Of a stretch of DNA of 64,000 nucleotides, positions 44,345 to 52,527 are shown in pieces. The stretch comes from an uncultured Clostridia bacterium (lineage in GTDB: Bacteria; Bacillota; Clostridia; Oscillospirales; Oscillospiraceae). The stretch is taken from contig CAMOXK010000001.1 of the NCBI GenBank assembly GCA_946629065.1, positions 19,054 through 83,053 of the forward strand, given 5' to 3'. The position numbers and the translations under genes are program-made. Positions within the stretch are counted from its first letter, which is position 1. The number at the start of each line of letters is the position of its first letter. The notes beneath the pieces are model-generated. The model saw nothing but the letters and a program-made list of their open reading frames with translations, ran no database searches and was not told the DNA's origin.

Positions 44345-47053
44345 ATGGCAAGAGAGATTCTGTTTGACCTTGGCAAAATGATCACCGACCGCCTCCCCTA
44401 TAAATTCGGCATCAAGAGGCTCACCGAAACCGACCCCGAATACATTATCCTCGACCGGGCATGCTCCAGCGATGAGATCGCCGAAGTCATGCTGAAAATG
44501 GGCCTGCGCAAGCCCAAGACCACCGCAGAGATCGCAAAGCTTACCGGCAAGAGCGAGCAGCGCATCGAAGAGCTGCTCACCGATGCGGCCAACCACGGCA
44601 TTGTGGAGTACCACTGGGAGAATCCCCAGCATGAGAAGCAGTGGTACGTTCAGCTCTTTGTCCCCGGCATCGCCGAGATGACCAACATGGTCCTCTGGCA
44701 GGTGGAAAAATACCCCGAGCTGGCTGACTCTTTTGACAAGATGACCTTCCTGCCCCTGGAGGGCAAGACCCACCTGATCCCCCCCGGCGGTGACGGCATC
44801 GGCATGCACGTCATCCCCGTGGAAAAAGCGATCCAGTCTGAAAACAAGTCCCTTTCCATCGAGCACATCTCCCACTGGCTGGACAAGTATGACGGCAAGC
44901 TTTCCGTCGGCTACTGCTCCTGCCGCAACGCCCGCCGGCTCTACGGCGAGGGCTCCGGTGAAATTCAGGATGACTGCTGCATCGGCCTGGGCGATTTTGC
45001 CGAGTATCTGATCGAGACCGGCAAGGGCCGCCGCATCACCAAGGAAGAGGCGCTGCAGATCTGCAAGCGCGCCGAGGAGAACGGCTACGTCCACCAGACC
45101 ACCAACATCGACGGCACGGACAAGATCTTCGGTCTCTGCAACTGCGACCTGGGCGTGTGCTTTGCGCTGCGCACCAGCCAGTACTTCAACACCCCCAACC
45201 TCTCCGCTTCCGCCTACCGTGCCCATGTGGAGAAGGAAAAGTGCGTTGCCTGCGGCAAGTGCGTGGAGGTCTGCCCCGCCGGCGCCGTGAAGCTGGGCCA
45301 GAAGCTCTGCACCCAGACCGGCGAGGTGGAGTATCCCAAGCAGGAGCTGCCCTACGGCCTCAAGTGGGGCAAGGACAAGTGGAACCCCAACTACGTCTTC
45401 GACAACCGCAAGAACTGCCACGAGAGCGGCACCGCCCCCTGCAAGACCGCCTGCCCCGCCCATATCGCCATTCAGGGCTATATCAAGCTGGCCAAGGAAG
45501 GCCGTTACCTGGACGCCCTGAAGCTCATCAAGCAGGATAACCCCTTCCCCTCTGTCTGCGGCTACGTGTGCAACCGCCGCTGCGAGGCCGCCTGCACCCG
45601 CGGCGCCTTGGACAAGGCTCTCGCCATCGACGAGATCAAGAAATTCATCGCCGAGCAGGATCTGAAGAGCGCCGAGCGCTACATCCCCGAGCCCCTTTAC
45701 CGCCGCCCCATCGACAAGCCCTATGAAGAGAAGGTCGCCATCATCGGCGCCGGCCCTGCCGGCCTGAGCTGCGCTTACTACCTGGCTCATATGGGCTACA
45801 CAAACGTCACGGTGTTCGACCGCAACCCCGCCCCCGGCGGCATGCTCATCATGGGCATCCCCAGCTACCGTCTGGACCGCGCCGCGCTCAAGGGCGAGAT
45901 CGAAGTGCTGGAGAAGATGGGCGTTCACTTCCAGATGAACACCGAGATCGGCAAAGACATCACCATTCAGCAGCTGCGTGAGCAGGGCTACAAGGGCTTC
46001 TATGTCGCCATCGGCGCTCAGAAGAGCCAGAAACTGCGTATCCCCGGAGAAGATCTCACCGGCGTTTTCGGCGGCGTTGACTTCCTGCGGGAAGTCAACC
46101 TGGGCAACAAGCCCGAGATCGGCAAGAAGTGCGCTGTCATTGGCGGCGGCAATGTGGCCATGGACGTTTGCCGCACCGCAGTCCGCCTTGGCGCCGAGAC
46201 TTACGTGATCTACCGCCGCAGCGAGGAAGAAATGCCCGCTGACAAGGAAGAGATCAAGGAAGCCAAAGAAGAGGGCGTGAAGTTCTGCTTCCTCAACGGC
46301 CCCGCCGAAATTCTTGGACAGGATGGCAAAGTCTGCGGTCTGAAGGTTGAGATCATGGAACTGGGCGAGCCCGACGAGAAGGGCCGCCGCTCCCCCATCG
46401 GCACCGGCAAGTTTGAGACCATCGAGGTCGATTCCGTGCTGGCGGCCGTCGGTCAGACCATCGACTGGGGCAAGCTGGATGTGGGCGAGCTCAAGACCGG
46501 CAAGAAGGGCAACGCCCTGGCCGACGCCATCACCTACCAGACCGAGCAGAAGGACATCTTCGTCGGCGGTGACGTGTACACCGGCCCGAAGTTTGCCATT
46601 GACGCCATTGCTGCCGGCCGCGAGGGTGCCGAGTCTCTGCACCGCTTCGTGCAGGACGGCCAGAGCCTGACCCGCGGACGGAACCTGCGCGAGTTCTACG
46701 AGCTGGACAAGTCCAATCTTGCTTTCACATTGGATTCCTATGACAAGCCTGCCCGCCAGGAGATCCAGCATGATCCTTTGAAGCTCAAGACCTTTGAGCA
46801 CGACCGTCTTACCTTCACCGAGGAGCAGGTCAAGACCGAGGCCAGCCGCTGCCTGGGCTGCGGCGTCACCATCGTGGACCGGAACCGCTGCATTGGCTGC
46901 GGCCTTTGCACCACCCGCTGCATGTTCGACGCCATCCACCTGGAGCGCGACGTGCCCGAGGCTTCCAACCTGGTGCGCTGCGAGGACAAGGTCCTGCCCA
47001 TGCTCAAGCACGCGGCCAAGCAGGCCATCAAGATCAATCGGAAGGCCAAGTAA
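44345..47053 (+). CDS. Multi-domain Fe-S flavoprotein (GltD-like FAD/NAD(P) oxidoreductase core with ferredoxin modules and a novel N-terminal domain)
   Basis: Ferredoxin motifs CVACGKCVEVCP and CIGCGLCTTRC, GltD-type cluster CGYVCNRRCEAAC, and Rossmann motifs IIGAGPAGLSCA and VIGGGNVAMD. Start at ATG 44345, 8 nt after a GGAGGG SD. Confidence 0.9.
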   Translation: MAREILFDLGKMITDRLPYKFGIKRLTETDPEYIILDRACSSDEIAEVMLKMGLRKPKTTAEIAKLTGKSEQRIEELLTDAANHGIVEYHWENPQHEKQWYVQLFVPGIAEMTNMVLWQVEKYPELADSFDKMTFLPLEGKTHLIPPGGDGIGMHVIPVEKAIQSENKSLSIEHISHWLDKYDGKLSVGYCSCRNARRLYGEGSGEIQDDCCIGLGDFAEYLIETGKGRRITKEEALQICKRAEENGYVHQTTNIDGTDKIFGLCNCDLGVCFALRTSQYFNTPNLSASAYRAHVEKEKCVACGKCVEVCPAGAVKLGQKLCTQTGEVEYPKQELPYGLKWGKDKWNPNYVFDNRKNCHESGTAPCKTACPAHIAIQGYIKLAKEGRYLDALKLIKQDNPFPSVCGYVCNRRCEAACTRGALDKALAIDEIKKFIAEQDLKSAERYIPEPLYRRPIDKPYEEKVAIIGAGPAGLSCAYYLAHMGYTNVTVFDRNPAPGGMLIMGIPSYRLDRAALKGEIEVLEKMGVHFQMNTEIGKDITIQQLREQGYKGFYVAIGAQKSQKLRIPGEDLTGVFGGVDFLREVNLGNKPEIGKKCAVIGGGNVAMDVCRTAVRLGAETYVIYRRSEEEMPADKEEIKEAKEEGVKFCFLNGPAEILGQDGKVCGLKVEIMELGEPDEKGRRSPIGTGKFETIEVDSVLAAVGQTIDWGKLDVGELKTGKKGNALADAITYQTEQKDIFVGGDVYTGPKFAIDAIAAGREGAESLHRFVQDGQSLTRGRNLREFYELDKSNLAFTLDSYDKPARQEIQHDPLKLKTFEHDRLTFTEEQVKTEASRCLGCGVTIVDRNRCIGCGLCTTRCMFDAIHLERDVPEASNLVRCEDKVLPMLKHAAKQAIKINRKAK

Positions 47054-47397
47054 TGCACGAACTGGGAACCATTTACTACGTAATCGACACGGTGGAAAAG
47101 CTGATGGTGGAAAACCAGCTCACCGAGGTCGGCTCCATCACCCTGGAGGTCGGCGAGGTCAGCGGCATCATTCCAGAGTATCTTATGGATTTCTGGCAGT
47201 GGGCCAGGGCCAAGACCGAGCACTTCCAGAACACGGAGCTGAAGATCGAAAAACTGGAAGCCGTCACTTACTGCCAGGATTGTGCCAAGACCTATTCCAC
47301 AATGAAGTACAAGAAGATTTGTCCTTATTGCGGAAGCGGCAACACCTTCCTGGTCACCGGCAACGAGTACAACATCAAAGAAATCGAAGCCAAGTAA
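47053..47397 (+). CDS. hypA: HypA/HybF-family nickel metallochaperone
   Basis: 114 aa with MHE N-terminus (Ni site), zinc site CQDC...CPYC and typical length. The ATG overlaps the upstream TAA (TAATG). The track ORF 46906..47397 carries a spurious extension. Confidence 0.85.
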   Translation: MHELGTIYYVIDTVEKLMVENQLTEVGSITLEVGEVSGIIPEYLMDFWQWARAKTEHFQNTELKIEKLEAVTYCQDCAKTYSTMKYKKICPYCGSGNTFLVTGNEYNIKEIEAK

Positions 47398-47401
47398 AAG
47401 C

Positions 47402-47436
47402 GATCCCCCGGCCGATGGCCGGGGGATCTTTCTTTT
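47402..47436. terminator. Bidirectional terminator between hypA and the ABC transporter gene
   Basis: 12-bp GC-rich stem gatcccccggcc / ggccgggggatc followed by tttctttt. Confidence 0.9.
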
Positions 47437-47447
47437 GTGATTCTGTA

Positions 47448-50363
47448 TTATTCGGTGCGCAGGGCCTCCACCGGATCCTTCTTGGCGGCGAGTCCGGAAG
47501 GGATCAGGCCGGCGATAAAGGTCAGGAACACGCTGATGCCCACAAGCACCGCCCCGCCAACCGGCGGCAGGGTCGAATTCAACGCCTTGATGCCGGTGAG
47601 GTCATGGACGATGATGTTGATGGGGATATTCAGCAGAAGTGTGATCACGATGCCGATGATGCCGGCGGCAAGGCCGATGATAAAGGTTTCGGCATTGAAG
47701 ACCCGGGAGATGTCCCGCTTGGAGGCACCGATGGCACGGAGAATACCGATCTCTTTGGTGCGCTCCAGAACGCTGATATAGGTGATGATGCCGATCATGA
47801 TGGAGGATACGACGAGAGAGATGGCAACAAAGGCGATGAGCACATAGCTGATGACATTGATGATGGTGGTGATGGAACTCATCAGCAAGGCAACCACATC
47901 GGTATAGCTGATCTGGTCTTCCTCAGAAACGGACTCATTGTAATGCTCGATGGCCTCGGCGATGCTGTCCTTGTTTTCGAAAGAATCTGCATAGATATTG
48001 ATGGTACTCGGGGTCTGCAGATCCACATAGCCCAGGGTCTTCAGCGTATCCTTCAGCGTGCTGGCGGAATAGACGGGGGGCATGGCGTTTTCATAGATCC
48101 AGAGATAATCCTCTTCCTCCAAAGAGAGAAGCTGGAAATCCTCGGCCAGTTCTTCATCCGTCAATTCCTCGTAGAGTTCCCGCATCTGGGCGGCGTATTG
48201 GGTTTTGGCCTGCTCGCCCACCATCTGGCTCATGTAGCTCATGAGCATATCGTCGTCCATCTGCGTGAGCATGGAGGCGTATTCCGGGTAATAGGTCAGG
48301 ATGTTTTCCTCGATCTCTTCCCGGGTGGTGCCCTCCATCTGCTCGTCGATCATCTCCTGCAGGTAGGATTCGTCCGGCTCGCACATGTACTCGATATAGA
48401 GATCGGCAAGCTGCTCAGTATCCGCAGCTGCGATATACTCTCGGGCGGCGTCTGCCTTGCGGCTCTTGGTCATGGCCTCGTCCTCCCGGTCAAGGAAGGG
48501 CAGGCCGGTAAAGACCTCGTGTTCCGGGTCCTCCAGCTGCCGGCGGATCAGATCCTTCTTGGCGCTTTCCTCCGAGATATACTCCACCAGCGCATGGGGA
48601 TAACCCACAGCGCCGGAGAGCATGCCGGAAAGCGCTTCGCCGTCCTTGCGGATGATGCCGACAATGCGGATCTCCAGGCCGTTGTTATAGAGCGTCTTGA
48701 GACCCAGTTCCTCTTCTGTCAGGTCCAGATACTCCCCTGTCTCCTCATTATACTGGAATTGGTCCGCAGGATAGATATACCGGAAGGACTTGCCGCAGAC
48801 CTCTTCATAGCTCCAGCTCTCCACGGTGGCGTCCATTTCCTCCGCTGCCATCATGAGCTGCATATTCTCCGCGATGGAGTCATTGGCTTTCAGGCCAAGA
48901 GAATAGAGCACCAGGTCAGAAACCTCATTGTTCTCGTTGACGATGAGGACGGTTTCATTGTACGCTTCCGGCCAGCGGCCGTACAAGACCTCGTACTGCT
49001 GTTTGAGGAGCGGGTTGATAAGTTCGCCGTTCTCGCCGGGCAGCATCTCCTGCCAGACGTTCAGCGTACTGAACATCTGCCCATAGGTGGAGAAATAGGA
49101 CGTGTAATCACCGCCGAAGGAGGAGGACATGGCTGTCTGCATGATTTCCACGGCGTCGGTCTTCCCAATGTGGCCATTTATATCCTCGGCATAGGGAGTC
49201 AGATCCACATCATAGCTGTACTGGACCGAGCTGATATACTGACGGATCTCGCTGTTTTCGTCCTCCAGATAATCGCGGAAAGCGGCAAGGTTGTTGGACT
49301 CACCTTCTGAGGAAAAGAGAGAGTTGATCATATTATAGAGAATGGCACTGGAATAGACCGCGTCTTTCTCGTGGCGATAATTGGCGGTTTCCGCCTGGGC
49401 GCCCATCATGGAGGCCATCATGGTGGTCATATCCACAGTCTCAGCCTGGATGGTGATGGGATAGCTGGAAAGAGTGTCTTCCTGGACTTTATCGATATAG
49501 TTCTGGATGCCGTTGGAGAGGGACATAATGAGCGCAATGCCGATGATGCCGATGCTGCCCGCAAAGGCCGTGAGCAAGGTCCTGGCCTTCTTGGTCATCA
49601 GATTGTTCATGGAGAGCGAAAGCGCCGTGAAAAAGCCCATAGAGGTCTTTTTGCCGATGGGGCCCTTGTTCTCTGCCTCCTCCACATCGAAGGGATCATT
49701 GTCATCCACAATGAGGCCGTCCTTCAGGCGAATGATACGGCTGGCATAAGAGGTTGCAAGCTCCGGGTTGTGGGTGACCATGATGATGAGCTTGTCCTTG
49801 GCAATCTCCTTCAGGATCTCCATGATCTGCACGGAGGTGTCCGAATCCAGGGCGCCGGTGGGCTCGTCAGCCAGAAGAATATCCGGATCGTTTACCAGGG
49901 CGCGGGCAATGGCCACACGCTGCATCTGGCCGCCGGACATTTGATTCGGCTTCTTGTTGAGCTGATCGCCCAGGCCCACCTTCTCCAGGGCTTGCGTGGC
50001 TCTGGCACGGCGTTCCGAAGCCCCGACGCCGGAAAGCGTCAGCGCAAGCTCCACATTGGCCAGCACCGTCTGGTGCGGAATCAGGTTATAGGACTGAAAG
50101 ACAAAGCCAATGGAGTGGTTGCGGTATACGTCCCAATCACTGTCGGTGAAGTTTTTCGTGGACTTTCCGTTGATGATGAGATCGCCGGAATTGTATTGAT
50201 CCAAGCCGCCAATGATATTCAACAGTGTGGTTTTTCCGCAGCCGGAGTGGCCCAGGATGGCAACAAACTCGTGCTCCCGGAAGCTCAGGTCTACTCCTTT
50301 CAGCGCATGGACGGAAAAATCTCCCACGGTATAGTCTTTTTTGATGGAAACAAGCTTGAGCAT
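47448..50363 (-). CDS. Fused ABC transporter (MacB-type ATPase plus FtsX-type permease) with very large extracytoplasmic domain
   Basis: Walker [10 protein letters not shown], signature MSGGQMQR, Walker B LLADEPT, one TM helix at about residue 265-283, and a C-terminal FtsX three-TM module. Start moved from 50438 to MLKLVSI (50363), which lies behind a GAGAGGGAG SD. Confidence 0.9.
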   Translation of the reverse strand: MLKLVSIKKDYTVGDFSVHALKGVDLSFREHEFVAILGHSGCGKTTLLNIIGGLDQYNSGDLIINGKSTKNFTDSDWDVYRNHSIGFVFQSYNLIPHQTVLANVELALTLSGVGASERRARATQALEKVGLGDQLNKKPNQMSGGQMQRVAIARALVNDPDILLADEPTGALDSDTSVQIMEILKEIAKDKLIIMVTHNPELATSYASRIIRLKDGLIVDDNDPFDVEEAENKGPIGKKTSMGFFTALSLSMNNLMTKKARTLLTAFAGSIGIIGIALIMSLSNGIQNYIDKVQEDTLSSYPITIQAETVDMTTMMASMMGAQAETANYRHEKDAVYSSAILYNMINSLFSSEGESNNLAAFRDYLEDENSEIRQYISSVQYSYDVDLTPYAEDINGHIGKTDAVEIMQTAMSSSFGGDYTSYFSTYGQMFSTLNVWQEMLPGENGELINPLLKQQYEVLYGRWPEAYNETVLIVNENNEVSDLVLYSLGLKANDSIAENMQLMMAAEEMDATVESWSYEEVCGKSFRYIYPADQFQYNEETGEYLDLTEEELGLKTLYNNGLEIRIVGIIRKDGEALSGMLSGAVGYPHALVEYISEESAKKDLIRRQLEDPEHEVFTGLPFLDREDEAMTKSRKADAAREYIAAADTEQLADLYIEYMCEPDESYLQEMIDEQMEGTTREEIEENILTYYPEYASMLTQMDDDMLMSYMSQMVGEQAKTQYAAQMRELYEELTDEELAEDFQLLSLEEEDYLWIYENAMPPVYSASTLKDTLKTLGYVDLQTPSTINIYADSFENKDSIAEAIEHYNESVSEEDQISYTDVVALLMSSITTIINVISYVLIAFVAISLVVSSIMIGIITYISVLERTKEIGILRAIGASKRDISRVFNAETFIIGLAAGIIGIVITLLLNIPINIIVHDLTGIKALNSTLPPVGGAVLVGISVFLTFIAGLIPSGLAAKKDPVEALRTE

Positions 50364-50377
50364 AGAGACTCCCTCTC

Positions 50378-50406
50378 TTGACAGGTTCAGGAAACTGCGG
50401 TAGAAT
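50378..50406 (+). promoter_or_regulatory. Consensus sigma-A promoter for the tRNA gene
   Basis: TTGACA (50378-50383), 17-nt spacer, TAGAAT (50401-50406), 26 nt upstream of the tRNA. Confidence 0.7.
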
Positions 50407-50432
50407 GCATAAGCTTCAAAAAGAAGCGATTT

Positions 50433-50509
50433 GCCCACGTAGCTCAGCAGGATAGAGCGACCGCCTCCTAAGCGGTAGGTCGGAGGTTCGAATCCCCTCG
50501 TGGGTGCCA
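50433..50509 (+). tRNA. tRNA-Arg (anticodon CCU)
   Basis: Hand-folded cloverleaf: acceptor gcccacg/cgtgggt, D arm gctc..gagc, anticodon stem accgc/gcggt with loop cuCCUaa, T arm ggagg-ttcgaat-cccct, and an encoded CCA. Confidence 0.92.
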
Positions 50510-50512
50510 GAG

Positions 50513-50539
50513 AGCCGCGCCTTGTGCGCGGCTTTTTTT
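50513..50539 (+). terminator. Terminator after tRNA-Arg
   Basis: Stem agccgcgc / gcgcggct followed by a 7-nt T-run. Confidence 0.85.
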
Positions 50540-50670
50540 ATCTTATCACAGCTTTTGGCTTTTGTCTCGCATCGGATGATTTTTTTATGGACTGTTCATA
50601 ATTCTTTGGCAGAATTTGTTCCTTGAAAGAAACACCACCCCGGGATATCATGTTCCCGAGGTGGTATTTC

Positions 50671-50955
50671 ATGAAGCATAAGATCCGGAGGACTGTTCAA
50701 GGAATTCTGTCCGCAAAAAATGCCTCCTGGGCTTTTCTGATGCGAAGTCTGCAGGCATGCTGCCTGCTTCTGCTGCTGACAGCAATGTTTTTGTTGCTCG
50801 GCGAGAAGAGTGGAGAGCCCGGCCATTTGCAGACGGCTTACATATTCAGGGATCTATCCCAGCTGGTCCTTCTTCTGGGAGCGATCGTTCCGCCCTGTCT
50901 GGAAGAACTTGGCGGACAAGAGCGAAGAACTCCTCCCGGCTCATCAGGGCATTGA
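50671..50955 (+). CDS. Hypothetical small membrane protein (doubtful)
   Basis: ATG 50671 lies 6 nt after a GAGGTGG SD and there are two hydrophobic stretches. However, the 3' 110 nt overlap the convergent rnmV gene. Confidence 0.25.
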   Translation: MKHKIRRTVQGILSAKNASWAFLMRSLQACCLLLLLTAMFLLLGEKSGEPGHLQTAYIFRDLSQLVLLLGAIVPPCLEELGGQERRTPPGSSGH

Positions 50956-51493
50956 GCACATCCAGCATGGCGTCGCTGCTGAGATGTTCCGGCAGTTCCA
51001 AACGTTTGAGGATACACAGCCTTTTCTGCCGGCTGCCCTCTCCGCCGCTGAGTCCAAGACGGTAAAAATCGGTCTTGGTGATCCGTTCAGAAAGAATACC
51101 GGTCTGCTCCTCCCCTACAAAGTGGGCTCCTGCGCGGCGCAGCGCATCCAGCAGGATCTCCGGGCGCATGCCTTCCACGCCAAGCTTCCCCTCTTTGGAG
51201 GGTGAGGCTTTTCTTTTTTCTTTTCCGTAAAGGTCAGGGATATAAGCCTGCTTCACTTTTTGCGCGGGAAGGAAGCCTTTCAGATGGTTTCGAATCACAA
51301 AACCTGCGCCGTCAGAATCCGTCAGGATGATAAGGCCCCGCCGGTCCGCCAGCATCTGAAAAAGCTTTCGTTTCTGCTTATCATGGAAGATGCCGAAGCC
51401 GGAGGTTTCCAGGATCACAGCGTCCACAACCTGGCTCAGGGTGTTTTTATCGTACTTCCCTTCCACGATAATAACTTCCTCAATTCTGACCAT
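50846..51493 (-). CDS. rnmV: Ribonuclease M5 (Toprim domain)
   Basis: EVIIVEGKYD and ILTDSDGAG Toprim motifs. 215 aa, with a C-terminal tail longer than in Bacillus RNase M5. Confidence 0.88.
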   Translation of the reverse strand: MVRIEEVIIVEGKYDKNTLSQVVDAVILETSGFGIFHDKQKRKLFQMLADRRGLIILTDSDGAGFVIRNHLKGFLPAQKVKQAYIPDLYGKEKRKASPSKEGKLGVEGMRPEILLDALRRAGAHFVGEEQTGILSERITKTDFYRLGLSGGEGSRQKRLCILKRLELPEHLSSDAMLDVLNALMSREEFFALVRQVLPDRAERSLPEEGPAGIDP

Positions 51494-52526
51494 CGCTCTC
51501 TCCCGCCGCGATTCTGACGACCAGTTCTTTGAAGATTTCGCGATCGTCTCCGCCGCTGCTCTTCAGGCGGTAGTCTGTCTCGGCGCAAAGCTCCACCGCC
51601 TTTTTTAGCTGCTGCAGCGTATATCCTCTCGCGGCCTGCTGTAGCTTTGTGACTTGGAAATCATACTTGCATCCGGTCACTTCCTTCACATACGCAGCAC
51701 CCAGATTCTGCGTCTGCGCGAGTTTTGCCGCATAAAGCCGTCTCATTTGCAAGCCCAGCATACCAAGCATGGCAATCGGCTCGTTGTTTTTATCGGAAAG
51801 GAGTTCCGAAAGAGTGGCCAAAGCATTGTTGAGACTTTTCTGAGAAATCTGATCGGTCATGTTGAAGATCACTGCCTCGGGGATGTGATGTGCAACCGCC
51901 TCCACGTCGGAGACGGTCACGCGCTCCCCTTTCGCGTAGGCCGCGATCTTATCGATTTCTGGGATCAGACGATTCATCAGATCGCCGCTGATAAAGATCA
52001 GACGCTGAGAGGCATCGAATTCGATGCTCTTTCCCAGGGCAGCAAAACGTCTGGCGATCCACTTTGTCAATTCATTTTGCTGCTGCTGGGTGAATTCGAT
52101 CTCCTCGGCGATGGAGCGCAGTTTCTTGATTTGTTTGAGACGTCCGTCAGGCTCAAAGTCCGTTTCCTGAACAAAGACCACCGTGCAATACTCAGGAATA
52201 TCCGTCAATACTTTGAGAATGGCATCCGTGTCTTTCAGGCGGTTCAGGTCCACGCCCCGCAGTTCCACAAGTGTCCGCTCCGAGAGGAACGGAACAGCGT
52301 CCACTGCTTGCTGAAGTGCGACAGGATCCAGCTCCGGTCCGTTTATCCGCTTGTAACTGAAGCTGTCATCCCCGTCAGGGAGGCAAAGCGATTTGATCTG
52401 CGACAAAAAATGCTCCCGCAGATAGTCCTCCGGTCCCCAGAGCAGGTAGAGCGATTGCGGACCGTTCTCTTTCAGTTTGCGCAGGACAGCCTGGTAATTC
52501 AGTTTTTCATCGTTCTTTTTAGCCAT
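51480..52526 (-). CDS. holA: DNA polymerase III subunit delta
   Basis: 348 aa with the typical HolA N-terminus (..YLLWGPEDYL..). It sits directly after comEC, as in Bacillus. Confidence 0.88.
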   Translation of the reverse strand: MAKKNDEKLNYQAVLRKLKENGPQSLYLLWGPEDYLREHFLSQIKSLCLPDGDDSFSYKRINGPELDPVALQQAVDAVPFLSERTLVELRGVDLNRLKDTDAILKVLTDIPEYCTVVFVQETDFEPDGRLKQIKKLRSIAEEIEFTQQQQNELTKWIARRFAALGKSIEFDASQRLIFISGDLMNRLIPEIDKIAAYAKGERVTVSDVEAVAHHIPEAVIFNMTDQISQKSLNNALATLSELLSDKNNEPIAMLGMLGLQMRRLYAAKLAQTQNLGAAYVKEVTGCKYDFQVTKLQQAARGYTLQQLKKAVELCAETDYRLKSSGGDDREIFKELVVRIAAGESDGQN

Positions 52527-52527
52527 A

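Noticed and set aside
44219-47011. 930-aa ORF on the minus strand (the longest ORF in this region)
   Set aside because: It is an antisense shadow of the 902-aa flavoprotein gene. The product is low-complexity Gly/Ala/Leu/Val/Asp-rich with no motifs and no SD, whereas the plus-strand product has clear Fe-S and Rossmann motifs. This is typical of GC-rich coding DNA.
46794-49310. 838-aa ORF on the plus strand
   Set aside because: It lies antisense to the ABC transporter gene and out of frame with the end of the flavoprotein gene. Its composition is Arg/Gly/His/Asp-rich and low-complexity, with no start signals.
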